Positions 48,722 through 58,477 of a stretch of 64,000 nucleotides of DNA are shown here, piece after piece. Below the pieces are notes generated by a model. It was not told the DNA's origin. It saw only the letters and a program-made list of their open reading frames with translations, and searched no databases. A program made the translations under genes and the position numbers. Within the stretch, counting starts at the first letter, position 1. Every line of letters starts with the position of its first letter. Where the stretch lies: the sequence record NC_028999.1; one strand, 5' to 3'.

Positions 48722-50299
48722 ATGCAGATCACCGTCACGGGTGTACAAGGCTCTGGATTCGTTGAGTGTACCATTAGCCATAAAGGCCAGTCCATCACAT
48801 GGAGCACCCGTGCTTATAGCAAGGTGAAACTTCAAGATCCAACACGAGTATTCAAGGAGATTAACGACTACCTGGAATATGCTGGAGAAGATGTACAGGA
48901 CAAGATTTGGAACGAATACAAACGTATTCGCGATCTGTTCAACATGGACTTTGATCCAAGCCACATCACTGCAACGCTGATTCATTATATCCAACAAATC
49001 TACAGCGTGTTGCCGATGAACAACATGCGTCGTTGGTTGTTGACCGTAGGTAACCTACACATCCCAGCAGATATTCAGAAAACCATCACAGAAGACTCCC
49101 GTTACAACAAACGCGAACAAACTTATCTACAGCACGACTACATCAACCTGGCAACGGTAGCATTGGCTCTGCGCGTCATGATTCCGATCTGGGGCGAGTA
49201 CATGGATCAAGGTACTGACCAAGATCTGTATCGTGAAAACGATGTCGTTGGTTTGATCTCTCGTTGTGAAGTGGCCAACTGGCCGGCGATGGAAACAGAT
49301 ACCGTGGGAGAGCCCGTAGATACAGCGTTCGACAAGCTGGAAGGGTACGTGCGCTTCTGCGTTGAAGATGAACCCACCACGTTGGGTCGTCTATGGTCTG
49401 GTATGTCGTCGGTAGAAATCCCAGTGCATCTACAGTCCAAGGTATTGGTTCGTCGTCTGACTATCGTTCCACTGAATGATCCGAGTTCCCACTCGATCGT
49501 TGCGAACGTATTCCGTTACGTACGTTCCAACCTGAACCCCACTGAACGCAGTACGGCTGATCGTGTAAACGAAAAGCGTCCTGAAGGAGGTAGCGGTGAT
49601 GAGGATGATAAAACTTCATTCATTGAAGCTCACAAGACTAAGGGTCGAGTGAGTCCAGGTGATATCGAAGCATTTAACATAGATGCAATGGACTATGAGC
49701 TTCTGGCTGAAACCGTAGACCCCACCATTAACAAAGCCATGCTCAAGGCATGCATCAACTGCATTGATTACATTGCTAACAAGGAAATTCGCCCACACCA
49801 AGTGCTCTTAGCACAATGGGTAATGGCTAAAGCATTTCCAGCACGGGCGTTCTATCACATCGATAAGATGCCGGTGAACCATCTGCTGGCAACCACCCAA
49901 GCACTACTGTGGCATTGGGGTTTCCTCGATGTAGCGATCTTCATGCAGGTTGAGCCACTGTATCATGGCGATCATCAATCATCCAACCAACTTAGCCAAA
50001 CCCGCAGCGGTGCCCGCATTGCTAACCGGTATAAGCCGATGTTGGATGAGCTGTATCCACACATGAAACTTGCGAAGGTCCCCCAAAGCGGTGAAATACC
50101 CAAACCAGACAACATGGCCGGTATTGCGATCAATAGCGCAAATGCTTCCATCCGTTCGTCTAACTGGGTTTTCCGCGGCCCGCCTGAGCTCTTCAATGCC
50201 GCCAATCAGGTAGCGCAGAATGATGTTCTAATGGTTCCACCTAACATCAAGCATGCCCTCACTGAGATGGTAATGCATTTGGCCAAGATCAACCAGTAA
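48722..50299 (+). CDS. Non-virion RNAP promoter-specificity subunit (phiKZ gp68-like)
   Basis: 525 aa from ATG 48722 (AAGGAG); LRVMIPIWGEY, VLVRRL; synteny. Confidence 0.75.
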   Translation: MQITVTGVQGSGFVECTISHKGQSITWSTRAYSKVKLQDPTRVFKEINDYLEYAGEDVQDKIWNEYKRIRDLFNMDFDPSHITATLIHYIQQIYSVLPMNNMRRWLLTVGNLHIPADIQKTITEDSRYNKREQTYLQHDYINLATVALALRVMIPIWGEYMDQGTDQDLYRENDVVGLISRCEVANWPAMETDTVGEPVDTAFDKLEGYVRFCVEDEPTTLGRLWSGMSSVEIPVHLQSKVLVRRLTIVPLNDPSSHSIVANVFRYVRSNLNPTERSTADRVNEKRPEGGSGDEDDKTSFIEAHKTKGRVSPGDIEAFNIDAMDYELLAETVDPTINKAMLKACINCIDYIANKEIRPHQVLLAQWVMAKAFPARAFYHIDKMPVNHLLATTQALLWHWGFLDVAIFMQVEPLYHGDHQSSNQLSQTRSGARIANRYKPMLDELYPHMKLAKVPQSGEIPKPDNMAGIAINSANASIRSSNWVFRGPPELFNAANQVAQNDVLMVPPNIKHALTEMVMHLAKINQ

Positions 50300-50320
50300 T
50301 TAAACAAGAGGTAGCTTACA

Positions 50321-51967
50321 ATGAACGGCTTCATCATGGGCGCCACTCCCGGTAATGGAAAGCTCCGGATCACGAAAATGATTGCAGTGCAGACGGGCAC
50401 CTATCAGGAACAACACGTCCGTCCGTTCAATATTAACGCCAACAAGGAGGCGGTACAACGCCTGGATATCGCTACTCGTGGTGGTAACAACTTGGGCGTT
50501 CAAGCTGTACAAGAAGTTGCCTCGGACATCATCGTTCCGCAAGCGATGGTAGAAGGCGTAGTTGGCATCAAAGAAGGCTGGCGTTCTCGCCGATTCCGTT
50601 TCATGATGAATGTGAATGAAACCCATCCATTCATTCAGGGTACTGTTACTCAGCGTATCTTCTTTGGTTATTCCGACCACTGCGATGCGTCTGCTCAGTA
50701 CCTGCCTGACGACATGCGTGTCTACTTCAACTCCGAAACGATCGTGGTGTCTGCTATTCAAAACACTGTGAATGGCCCTCAACGGGTCGTTAACATCGTC
50801 GGTACCAACCAGATCGTGTCTCCAGTCGATATGATGGGTGGTAGTAACGGCATGTTTGCCCGAGCTACTTCACATCTGTGCCGTCCTGAAGACATGTTCA
50901 ACATTCAACAAACCCAGACTGTTGCACAGCGCCTTCAGGACTCGGGTATGTTCGATGGAGTGATTGCTCGTTCGATCGATCACCGTACTATGGTTGGTGA
51001 AGGCGGCGCATTCAAATACAGTACGCGTCGTGATACCTCTCCTGTTCGTTATCTTTCCAACAGCTTGAATGCCTACCAGCATTCGGTCAAGGAACTGGCA
51101 ATGGCGGAGCATGGTGATGACATGTTCGGTCAGCCATCGCAGGAAGTTCTGTTCGGTGAAGCTGCATCTCACTGCCGTAATGCCAGTATTCACAGCAACA
51201 CTTTCCTGGCAATGCTGAAAGATCATGCAGGTTACATGGAACGTGGTTACGTTACTTGGGGTGAGTTGCGTGCGATCTTCCCGGAGCTGAACCAATATGG
51301 CCAGGGTGGTGTTACCAACTTCGCAATGGACAACGGCCGTTCGATTCAGAAAGTTTCGATGGCTGAAGACTCCGCTGGTTGGGCAGGTGCGGACTATACC
51401 TCCATTGGGGCAAGCCTGCTTGCACAAGCGATTCCATCGATCATGATGGACACCTATCTGCGCCGCATCAGCTTTGCTGTTACCAACGGCATGGGTCCGA
51501 ACAACTACGCTGTCGAAATTCATCCAACTGGTACCAAATCCATCATCGATGACCTGGACACAGCCACCATTACCAAACACATCATGGAATTCGAACGTCG
51601 TTTGGGTACTGACATTCTGAATAACATCAGTCGCGGTAACCAGATTCCGTTTAAGATTTCCATGGCCTCCGATCTGGCTGGTGATTCCGTAATCGATATC
51701 AGTGTTGGCGGTGAACCGGTTGCTCGATTCGTAGCACCGACTTTCTCCGACAGCCTGTTCTCGCCGGTAATCACTCGTAATGATCAACTACCGACTAACA
51801 TGTCTGGTGACCTGACTTGGTTGGTCCAACAAGTCATCCCGAATCAAATGCAAAATCAAGCAATCAACATGGTTGGCTATAACCACCCAGTTGCACCTGC
51901 CGCTACCATGTCTGCCAATACCAATCAAGGAGTAATGAATAATGTCGCTGACCTTGGACTGCTATAA
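50321..51967 (+). CDS. picA: PicA/Imp1 phage-nucleus protein import factor (phiKZ gp69-like)
   Basis: 548 aa; QTGTYQEQHVRPF, GWRSRRFRF, FVAPTFSDSLFSPV; position after the gp68-like gene. Confidence 0.8.
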   Translation: MNGFIMGATPGNGKLRITKMIAVQTGTYQEQHVRPFNINANKEAVQRLDIATRGGNNLGVQAVQEVASDIIVPQAMVEGVVGIKEGWRSRRFRFMMNVNETHPFIQGTVTQRIFFGYSDHCDASAQYLPDDMRVYFNSETIVVSAIQNTVNGPQRVVNIVGTNQIVSPVDMMGGSNGMFARATSHLCRPEDMFNIQQTQTVAQRLQDSGMFDGVIARSIDHRTMVGEGGAFKYSTRRDTSPVRYLSNSLNAYQHSVKELAMAEHGDDMFGQPSQEVLFGEAASHCRNASIHSNTFLAMLKDHAGYMERGYVTWGELRAIFPELNQYGQGGVTNFAMDNGRSIQKVSMAEDSAGWAGADYTSIGASLLAQAIPSIMMDTYLRRISFAVTNGMGPNNYAVEIHPTGTKSIIDDLDTATITKHIMEFERRLGTDILNNISRGNQIPFKISMASDLAGDSVIDISVGGEPVARFVAPTFSDSLFSPVITRNDQLPTNMSGDLTWLVQQVIPNQMQNQAINMVGYNHPVAPAATMSANTNQGVMNNVADLGLL

Positions 51968-53267
51968 GGAAGTCCTGACCTCGCTTTCGTGTGTCTTCGA
52001 TGACGATGGTCTGATCTCCGTAGAAGCCCCAACCGGCTCTGCCAAGCCTGTTAAAGTCGAGGGGCGACGTCTGGTGCTCCCGACTAAAGAATGGCTGCGT
52101 AAAGGCTTCGGTGAAGACTACCAACCGTTCCACCCGCTGTGTGAGTCTCTGTCCCGTCGTGGTACCTCTCCGGTTATGCAGTTTATTCAGCGTTCCGTGA
52201 AGGCCAACCTGTCACACATCGTGGTATTCATGGCCACTAACCTGCTGCGAATTGCAGTAGATCAATCCACTCACAAGGATCTCCCGCCAGATACAACCGA
52301 CTTCCTCAAGAAGTTGGCTGACGCTGACAAGTCCTGCCTGACAGCTTTCGAGAAACTGATCGGCTCTGCCGTTAAGAAGAATCGTCTGATGACAGTCTAT
52401 CTGAAGAACGGCGGTACTTTTGACGGTAAGAAAGTGGACCGTATGGCAATCGTACGTTTCCCGATCCTCGAAGATCTGGCTAGCGAAAGCAAAGAAGTTC
52501 TGGGTATCGCATTGACCAAGAAACAACGCAAGGTAATTACTGCCCTGCTGCGCCTGGTCGTGCCTTTCGGCGACAATCCGGAAGAATACGCTTACGGTAC
52601 TCGTAGCCGTGTTGCTCCTTACTTCGAATCGATCCTGCATGCGTATCACAAGATCGCCACTGTACTGAACCAACTGATTCACCATTACGCGGTTCCGCTA
52701 CATATGCCCATCAAACCCATCGAGTTGTACGATCTTAAGATGCTGGAAAGCTTCGGTAAGATCTACAACGAGATTCCGGTTTTGGCTGGCAACGAAGGTG
52801 GTCACTCCGACACCCCGGAAGAAGCAGCAGGTACCACCGAACAGGCGCGAGCAGCTACCCAACCAACCGCCACCCAAACTGTTCAACCATCGCGTACCCC
52901 GGCTGTTACTCAGCAACCTGTCGCTACCACTGTGGCCCAACCTGCACATGGTAAAACCGTGAGCATGTCGGACTTCATGGCTGCGCAGAATCCGGCACCG
53001 ATGATGGCAGTCAATACCATGGTCAACCCCATGACCATGGGTGGAATGAACTCGGGTATGATGGGTATGGGTCAACCGATGATGTCTCCCATGGCTCCGG
53101 CCATGATGCCCATGGGTCAACCTACCGGCGGCATGTACGCGCCAACCAACACCTTGCTCCCATGGCAAGCGCAGCAGCAACAGATGATGCAGGCTCAACA
53201 GCCAGCTAATCCATTTGCGGCAGCAATTGCCCCGATGACCACCGGTGGTGGACTGGGTCTCCTGTAA
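51942..53267 (+). CDS. Conserved nucleus-block protein (phiKZ gp70-like) with Q/M/P-rich disordered tail
   Basis: 441 aa; RLVLPTKEWL...FHPLCESL; low-complexity C-terminal third. Confidence 0.75.
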   Translation: MSLTLDCYKEVLTSLSCVFDDDGLISVEAPTGSAKPVKVEGRRLVLPTKEWLRKGFGEDYQPFHPLCESLSRRGTSPVMQFIQRSVKANLSHIVVFMATNLLRIAVDQSTHKDLPPDTTDFLKKLADADKSCLTAFEKLIGSAVKKNRLMTVYLKNGGTFDGKKVDRMAIVRFPILEDLASESKEVLGIALTKKQRKVITALLRLVVPFGDNPEEYAYGTRSRVAPYFESILHAYHKIATVLNQLIHHYAVPLHMPIKPIELYDLKMLESFGKIYNEIPVLAGNEGGHSDTPEEAAGTTEQARAATQPTATQTVQPSRTPAVTQQPVATTVAQPAHGKTVSMSDFMAAQNPAPMMAVNTMVNPMTMGGMNSGMMGMGQPMMSPMAPAMMPMGQPTGGMYAPTNTLLPWQAQQQQMMQAQQPANPFAAAIAPMTTGGGLGLL

Positions 53268-53277
53268 GACGGCATAG

Positions 53278-53303
53278 AGCTGGGAGCCTTCGGGCTCCCA
53301 GCT
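53278..53303. terminator. Bidirectional terminator
   Basis: AGCTGGGAGCC-TTCG-GGCTCCCAGCT between convergent genes. Confidence 0.8.
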
Positions 53304-53309
53304 TAGCCA

Positions 53310-53672
53310 TTAAAATTTTCGACTCTGGTAGAATTGTTGAATGTCGGAAACCATGCTATCTGATGGTCGAATCAACACCGGTCGGTATTCCTTACCTAAG
53401 GGATCTCGTACCTCAGCTGCAAATTCATTGGGATTCATCATCCCGTTAACACGGGTGTATAACCAATGAAGATGGGCAGGAACTCCAATCTCAACAAGGT
53501 AACCATAGAAGTTCCCTTCGTACTGATAAAATAGTTCCAAAGGGATCTCTTCTCTAACCGAGTTCACGTTACGCAGACGGTTCATGTGCGTTTCAAGGAT
53601 CAAACGAAACGCTGGATCATAGAACATATCCGGACCGGGTTGTGCCATCTGGTCAAGAATTGTAAAGGCCAT
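53310..53672 (-). CDS. Small protein, possibly LysM/T4 gp53-like baseplate component
   Basis: 120 aa; YQYEGNFYGYL..GVP..LHWLYTRVNG..NP pattern. Confidence 0.55.
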   Translation of the reverse strand: MAFTILDQMAQPGPDMFYDPAFRLILETHMNRLRNVNSVREEIPLELFYQYEGNFYGYLVEIGVPAHLHWLYTRVNGMMNPNEFAAEVRDPLGKEYRPVLIRPSDSMVSDIQQFYQSRKF

Positions 53673-53699
53673 ATTTCACCATAAAAATAATTTAAGATC

Positions 53700-53707
53700 T
53701 ATATCAT
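53700..53707 (+). promoter_or_regulatory. Early-type promoter TATATCAT
   Basis: AAAATAATTTAAGATCTATATCATGGTTTTG upstream of nvRNAP beta. Confidence 0.65.
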
Positions 53708-53810
53708 GGTTTTGTAGAATCAACAAGGAGTGAGGCCATGAAGCGTTAAGAGTGTAAAATACTCAACATGACATAAGCGGTAGATACCGGCAATAAAAGG
53801 ACAGTTTAAG

Positions 53811-55004
53811 ATGTACGAAGAACACAACCTCCGGCGTGCAGTACGAGAGATCCATGCAAAACTTCTCGGTCATGCTGCACTGGATCCGTATTATGGAACT
53901 ACCTCCGCTGCTCGTGGAGCTATGTTCTTGTCTCACATTGGTCAGGCGCCCGTTGTGGAAGGGAACGAGCCCCGCCGTGTGATGACCGGTATGGAAATGC
54001 GTTATGCCGAATACACGTTCGACGTTCGTCTACCTACGGACTGCACGATTCTGCACAAAGTCCGTAAGTACCCCACTGGGCAAGGGTATGGGGCAATCCA
54101 ACATAACCCTGTAACAACTCTGATCTACGAGAACTATTACGACGAATACAAGACCATCGGCGTACTGCATGTTCCTGAGTACATGAGTTTTCACCAGGAC
54201 TTTGGTTATGAGCTAGTCAAGAACAAAGAAGTATGGGAATCTCTGCAACCTGACCAGATGTTCGCCAAAGATACCGTTATCGCTCAGTCCTCGACTGTAA
54301 AGTCTAACGGATTGTACGGCATGGGTGTAAACGCCAACGTTGCGTTCATGTCTGTGCCTGGTACCATTGAGGACGGTTTTGTCGTCTCCGATGAGTTCTT
54401 GGAACGTATGTCCCCACGTACTTACACCACCGCAGTTTGTGGTGCGGGTAAGAAGGCATTCTTCCTGAACATGTATGGCGATGACAAGATCTACAAACCG
54501 TTCCCGGATATTGGAGAAAAGATTCGGGAAGATGGCGTGATCTTTGCGGTACGCGATTTGGATGATGACTTGGCTCCGGCCGAAATGACTCCGCGCGCCC
54601 TGCGTACGCTGGACCGTACTTTCGATCGCGCTGTTATTGGTGATCCGGGTGCGACTGTAAAAGACATCAAAGTATATTGGGACGAACGTCAGAATCCCAG
54701 TTTCACGCCAAGCGGTATGGATGGTCAACTGCGCAAGTATTACGACGCGTTGTGCACCTATTACCGGGAGATCATCAAGATCTACCGTGGGTTGCTGGCA
54801 CGGCGTAAAGACAAGCTGCGGATCAGCGAAGAGTTCAACCAGCTCCTCGTTGAAGCCATGATCTACCTACCGCAAGCTGAGGGCCAGCGTAAGCTGACTC
54901 GGATGTATCGTCTGGAACAACTGGATGAATGGCGTGTGGAACTCACCTACGAATCCATTAAAGTTCCTGGTGGTGCATATAAGCTCACAGATTTTCACGG
55001 TGGT
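53811..55004 (+). CDS. Non-virion RNAP beta subunit, exon 1 (phiKZ gp71-like)
   Basis: TSAARGAM, GTIEDGFVVS; ends ...YKLTDFHGG just before the intron. Confidence 0.88.
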
Positions 55005-55454
55005 TCGCTATGAATGTCAATAAACATTGATTAAAGTATACTTATTTGTCCGTGGTATGTTGAACAAGTTGCCGTAGGATAAATAAGTGAAGATTTTAAT
55101 GGATGGATATTCAAAGAAATGTAAGAGCCTGCTTAATCAGCGATGGTTAAGTAATCGTCATCTAATTGCGGGAAACCCCTGAGAGCCTTATCTACTAACT
55201 CAACCCAGCGATGGAGTTGAGGGCCAGTCTAATCCACTGGGTACAGTAAAAATGATAAGGATTGGGCAATCCGCAGCGAAGCTTCTCTTTGAGAAGAACG
55301 TTCAACGACTAACCCCTAACCAGGGTGTAGAACTTAAGCGAGTTCGAAATGGTGACCCTCTCACGCAGAGGAAGATATAGTCTGTTCCCATGTGAAAGCA
55401 TGGGCGGGTGTCATAGCACACCGGGATAGCGTAGCGAACTATCTGGACAAAAAG
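55005..55454 (+). mobile_element. Group I intron (IA2-like) without a homing endonuclease ORF
   Basis: P AATTGCGGGAAA 55164-75; Q AATCCGCAGC 55268-77; R GTTCAACGACTAA 55300-12; S AAGATATAGTC 55372-82; P3 GTCATC/GGTGAC; P7.1/P7.2 hairpins; P9 with GAAA loop; terminal G55454. Confidence 0.92.
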
Positions 55455-56447
55455 AAAGGAGTAGTCTGTGAGGTGAGACCGAAAGCTGATATGCCAGTGG
55501 ACGAATTTGGTAACGTCGTAGACGCTATCATCTTCGGTGGTTCCACCATGCGTCGTTCTAACTATGGTCGGATCTACGAACACGGTTTCGGAGCAGCATC
55601 CCGAGACCTGGCGCAACGTCTACGTGTTGAAGCTGGCCTTCCCCGTCATGGCGTAGTACCGGAGCAAGATCTGAATCGGGTTTGCAGCAATCGAGAGTGG
55701 GTTACTTACGCTTTCGCTGAACTGCAAGAGTTCTATTACATCATCGCGCCAACCATGCACGAGATATTGAGAGAACACCCAAGTCCAGCTGAGTACGTAA
55801 AAACCGTTCTTCGTGATGGTTTCTCGTACATCTACAGCCCGGTAGACGATCCGGTAGACCTGATGAGTTCACTGAACTGCATCATGAACAGTCGTTTCTG
55901 CCCGAACCATACGCGAGTTACCTATCGCGGTCAAGATGGGAAGATGGTCACCACCAAGGACAAAGTTCTGGTTGGTCCGCTGTACATGATGTTGCTGGAG
56001 AAGATCGGTGAAGACTGGTCTGCCGTAGCGTCGGTAAAAGTTCAGCAATTCGGCCTGCCGTCTAAACTGAACAACTCTGACCGTTCCAGCACTCCGGGTC
56101 GGGAATCCGCCATCCGTTCGTTCGGTGAATCGGAAACTCGTTCGTATAACTGCACTGTTGGCCCAGAAGCTACGGTGGAGCTGTTGGACCAGACTAACAA
56201 CCCGAGAGCGCACCTTGCTGTGATCAACTCTATTCTGACTGCTGACAAGCCCAGTAACATTGAGCGTGCAGTGGACAGGACCAAGGTACCGTTCGGTAGT
56301 AGTCGACCGGTGGATCTGCTGGAGCACCTGCTGGAATGTCGCGGTCTTAAGTTTGAATACGCAACCACTGACGGCGTACAGCCTGTTCACACAGCTGTAC
56401 CAATCCGTGCCCAACAAAAGGTTAAGAGTGAGGCAATCGAGGAGTGA
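55455..56447 (+). CDS. Non-virion RNAP beta subunit, exon 2 (phiKZ gp73-like)
   Basis: KGVVCEVRP..DMP continues the rpoB HGxKG motif; GPLYMMLLEK, GESETR. Confidence 0.88.
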   Translation, partial: KGVVCEVRPKADMPVDEFGNVVDAIIFGGSTMRRSNYGRIYEHGFGAASRDLAQRLRVEAGLPRHGVVPEQDLNRVCSNREWVTYAFAELQEFYYIIAPTMHEILREHPSPAEYVKTVLRDGFSYIYSPVDDPVDLMSSLNCIMNSRFCPNHTRVTYRGQDGKMVTTKDKVLVGPLYMMLLEKIGEDWSAVASVKVQQFGLPSKLNNSDRSSTPGRESAIRSFGESETRSYNCTVGPEATVELLDQTNNPRAHLAVINSILTADKPSNIERAVDRTKVPFGSSRPVDLLEHLLECRGLKFEYATTDGVQPVHTAVPIRAQQKVKSEAIEE

Positions 56448-58420
56448 AGATGAACCAGTACAATGCTCGTGATCTCCTCAACATGTCGTATGATGACTTG
56501 TTCGCCATTCCGAATGAGTGGCACAAGATCATCTTCGACGATGGAGAGATTCTCACCAAAGATCGCGCCACTAAACTGTCGATTCTGCTTTGGCATCCGC
56601 TGAAGCAGTTTCCGAATGCTACGCTGTCCGTGAAGTACCACCTGGGAGACACTCGGGTTACCTCGAAGTCCCTAGTGAAACTCCTGAACAGCGTGATCTG
56701 GGGAATTCATGCGTGGAGTAATGAGCAGGTCGATCCGGAGGTTCTGGCCCGTCTCGCAATCGAAGCGAAGAACGTTCTGTATAACGAAGCTACTTCCCGC
56801 CTTGGTGCCTACGTAGCAACGCTGTCCATGTTCGAAATCGCGGAGGTTTACAATCATCCAAAAGTCCGTGAGGCCAACCAAAACATTGAGCCTACCACCC
56901 ACGGCATCGAAACTATTGCTTACGGCAAAATAAAGGAAGCTTTCAACGACCCAACACAGTTCCGCGGTAACAGCATCATCGAGGGTCTGCGCTCCGGGAC
57001 GCAAAAGATGGAACAGTTGCTCCAAGCTTTCGGTCCTCGTGGATTCCCGACCGACATCAACTCCGATATCTTCGCTGAACCTTGTCTGACTGGGTACATT
57101 GATGGTATCTGGGGTCTGTATGAGAACATGATCGAATCGCGTTCTGGTACCAAGGCTCTGTTGTATAACAAAGAGTTGTTGCGGGTAACCGAGTACTTCA
57201 ACCGGAAGTCTCAGCTGATCGCACAATATGTGCAGCGTCTCCATAAGGGTGACTGTGGTGCAGGGTACATTGAGTTCCCGGTCATCAAAGCTTACCTGAA
57301 ATCGCTACGCGGTAAGTTCTACCTGAACGAGGAAACAGGCAAGCGAGAGATCCTGCAAGGAAACGAGACTCATCTGATCGGTAAGAAGATCAAGATGCGT
57401 TCCGTGCTGGGTTGCGTACATCCTGATCCGCAAGGTATTTGTGCAACGTGTTACGGTACGCTAGCCGATAACATTCCGAGAGGCACGAACATCGGCCAAG
57501 TGTCTGCTGTATCCATGGGTGACAAAATCACCTCATCGGTACTGTCGACTAAACACACCGATGCGACTTCCGCTGTAGAGCAATACAAAATCACTGGCGT
57601 TGAAGCTAAGTACCTAAGAGAAGGTCAGGCGCCTGAAACGTTGTACCTGAAGAAGGAGCTTGCTAATAAGGGCTATCGCTTGATGATCGGCCGCAACGAA
57701 GCGCAGAACTTGGCTGACGTGCTGATGATCGATAACTTGAGTGCATATCCACCCACATCTGCATCCGAACTGACTCGTATCGGTTTGGTTCGCACGGTGG
57801 ATGGGATTGATGAGGGGGATGTCCTGACGGTATCGTTGTATAACCGTAAGGCTAGCCTGTCAATCGAATTGCTGCAACATGTGAAGCGTGTTCGCTGGGA
57901 ACTGGACAACCGGGATAACATCGTCATCGACCTGAATGGTTTCGATTTCTCCCTGCCATTCCTGACCCTACCGTACAAGCACGTTAACATGTACGAAGTG
58001 ATGAAGCGGATTCAAAGCTTCTTGCACTCCGGTAGCGACACCGAAGGTTCTAAACTGAGTTCTGATAAGGTAGGATTTACTAGCAAGACTTATCTTAAGA
58101 ACTACAATGACCCCATCGATGCCGTTGCAGCATTTGCTTCTCTGGTCAACGAGAAGATTCAATTGCCAATGCCGCACTGTGAAGTACTGGTTTATGCTAT
58201 GATGGTTCGGTCCACGCAACAGCGTGACTACCGTCTGCCTAAACCGGGTATTTCGGGTCAGTTTGAGAAGTATAACAAGCTGATGCAATCCCGCTCGCTC
58301 GCCGGCGCAATGGCGTTTGAGAAGCAGCATGAGCCGTTGAATAACCCCGGCAGCTTCCTCTATACGCTGAGGAATGACCACCCGTACGACCTTGCGGTCA
58401 AGGGAGGTAAGCTGTACTAA
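56444..58420 (+). CDS. Non-virion RNAP beta-prime C-terminal subunit (phiKZ gp74-like)
   Basis: 658 aa; RSGTQK, TEYFNRK, GDCG, RSVLGC..PDPQGICATCYG, ITSSVLSTKH. Confidence 0.9.
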   Translation: MKMNQYNARDLLNMSYDDLFAIPNEWHKIIFDDGEILTKDRATKLSILLWHPLKQFPNATLSVKYHLGDTRVTSKSLVKLLNSVIWGIHAWSNEQVDPEVLARLAIEAKNVLYNEATSRLGAYVATLSMFEIAEVYNHPKVREANQNIEPTTHGIETIAYGKIKEAFNDPTQFRGNSIIEGLRSGTQKMEQLLQAFGPRGFPTDINSDIFAEPCLTGYIDGIWGLYENMIESRSGTKALLYNKELLRVTEYFNRKSQLIAQYVQRLHKGDCGAGYIEFPVIKAYLKSLRGKFYLNEETGKREILQGNETHLIGKKIKMRSVLGCVHPDPQGICATCYGTLADNIPRGTNIGQVSAVSMGDKITSSVLSTKHTDATSAVEQYKITGVEAKYLREGQAPETLYLKKELANKGYRLMIGRNEAQNLADVLMIDNLSAYPPTSASELTRIGLVRTVDGIDEGDVLTVSLYNRKASLSIELLQHVKRVRWELDNRDNIVIDLNGFDFSLPFLTLPYKHVNMYEVMKRIQSFLHSGSDTEGSKLSSDKVGFTSKTYLKNYNDPIDAVAAFASLVNEKIQLPMPHCEVLVYAMMVRSTQQRDYRLPKPGISGQFEKYNKLMQSRSLAGAMAFEKQHEPLNNPGSFLYTLRNDHPYDLAVKGGKLY

Positions 58421-58477
58421 GCTGGAGGACGAAAAGGTTGGGGAGCTTCGGCTCCCCTGCCCGCTCGTTGATTTTTT

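Noticed and set aside
55302-55616. Minus-strand ORF and the GTG start at 55392 as a separate gene start
   Set aside because: Both lie within the intron core or antisense to exon 2. The 55392-55454 part is intron P9 sequence, and no HNH/GIY-YIG/LAGLIDADG motif is present.
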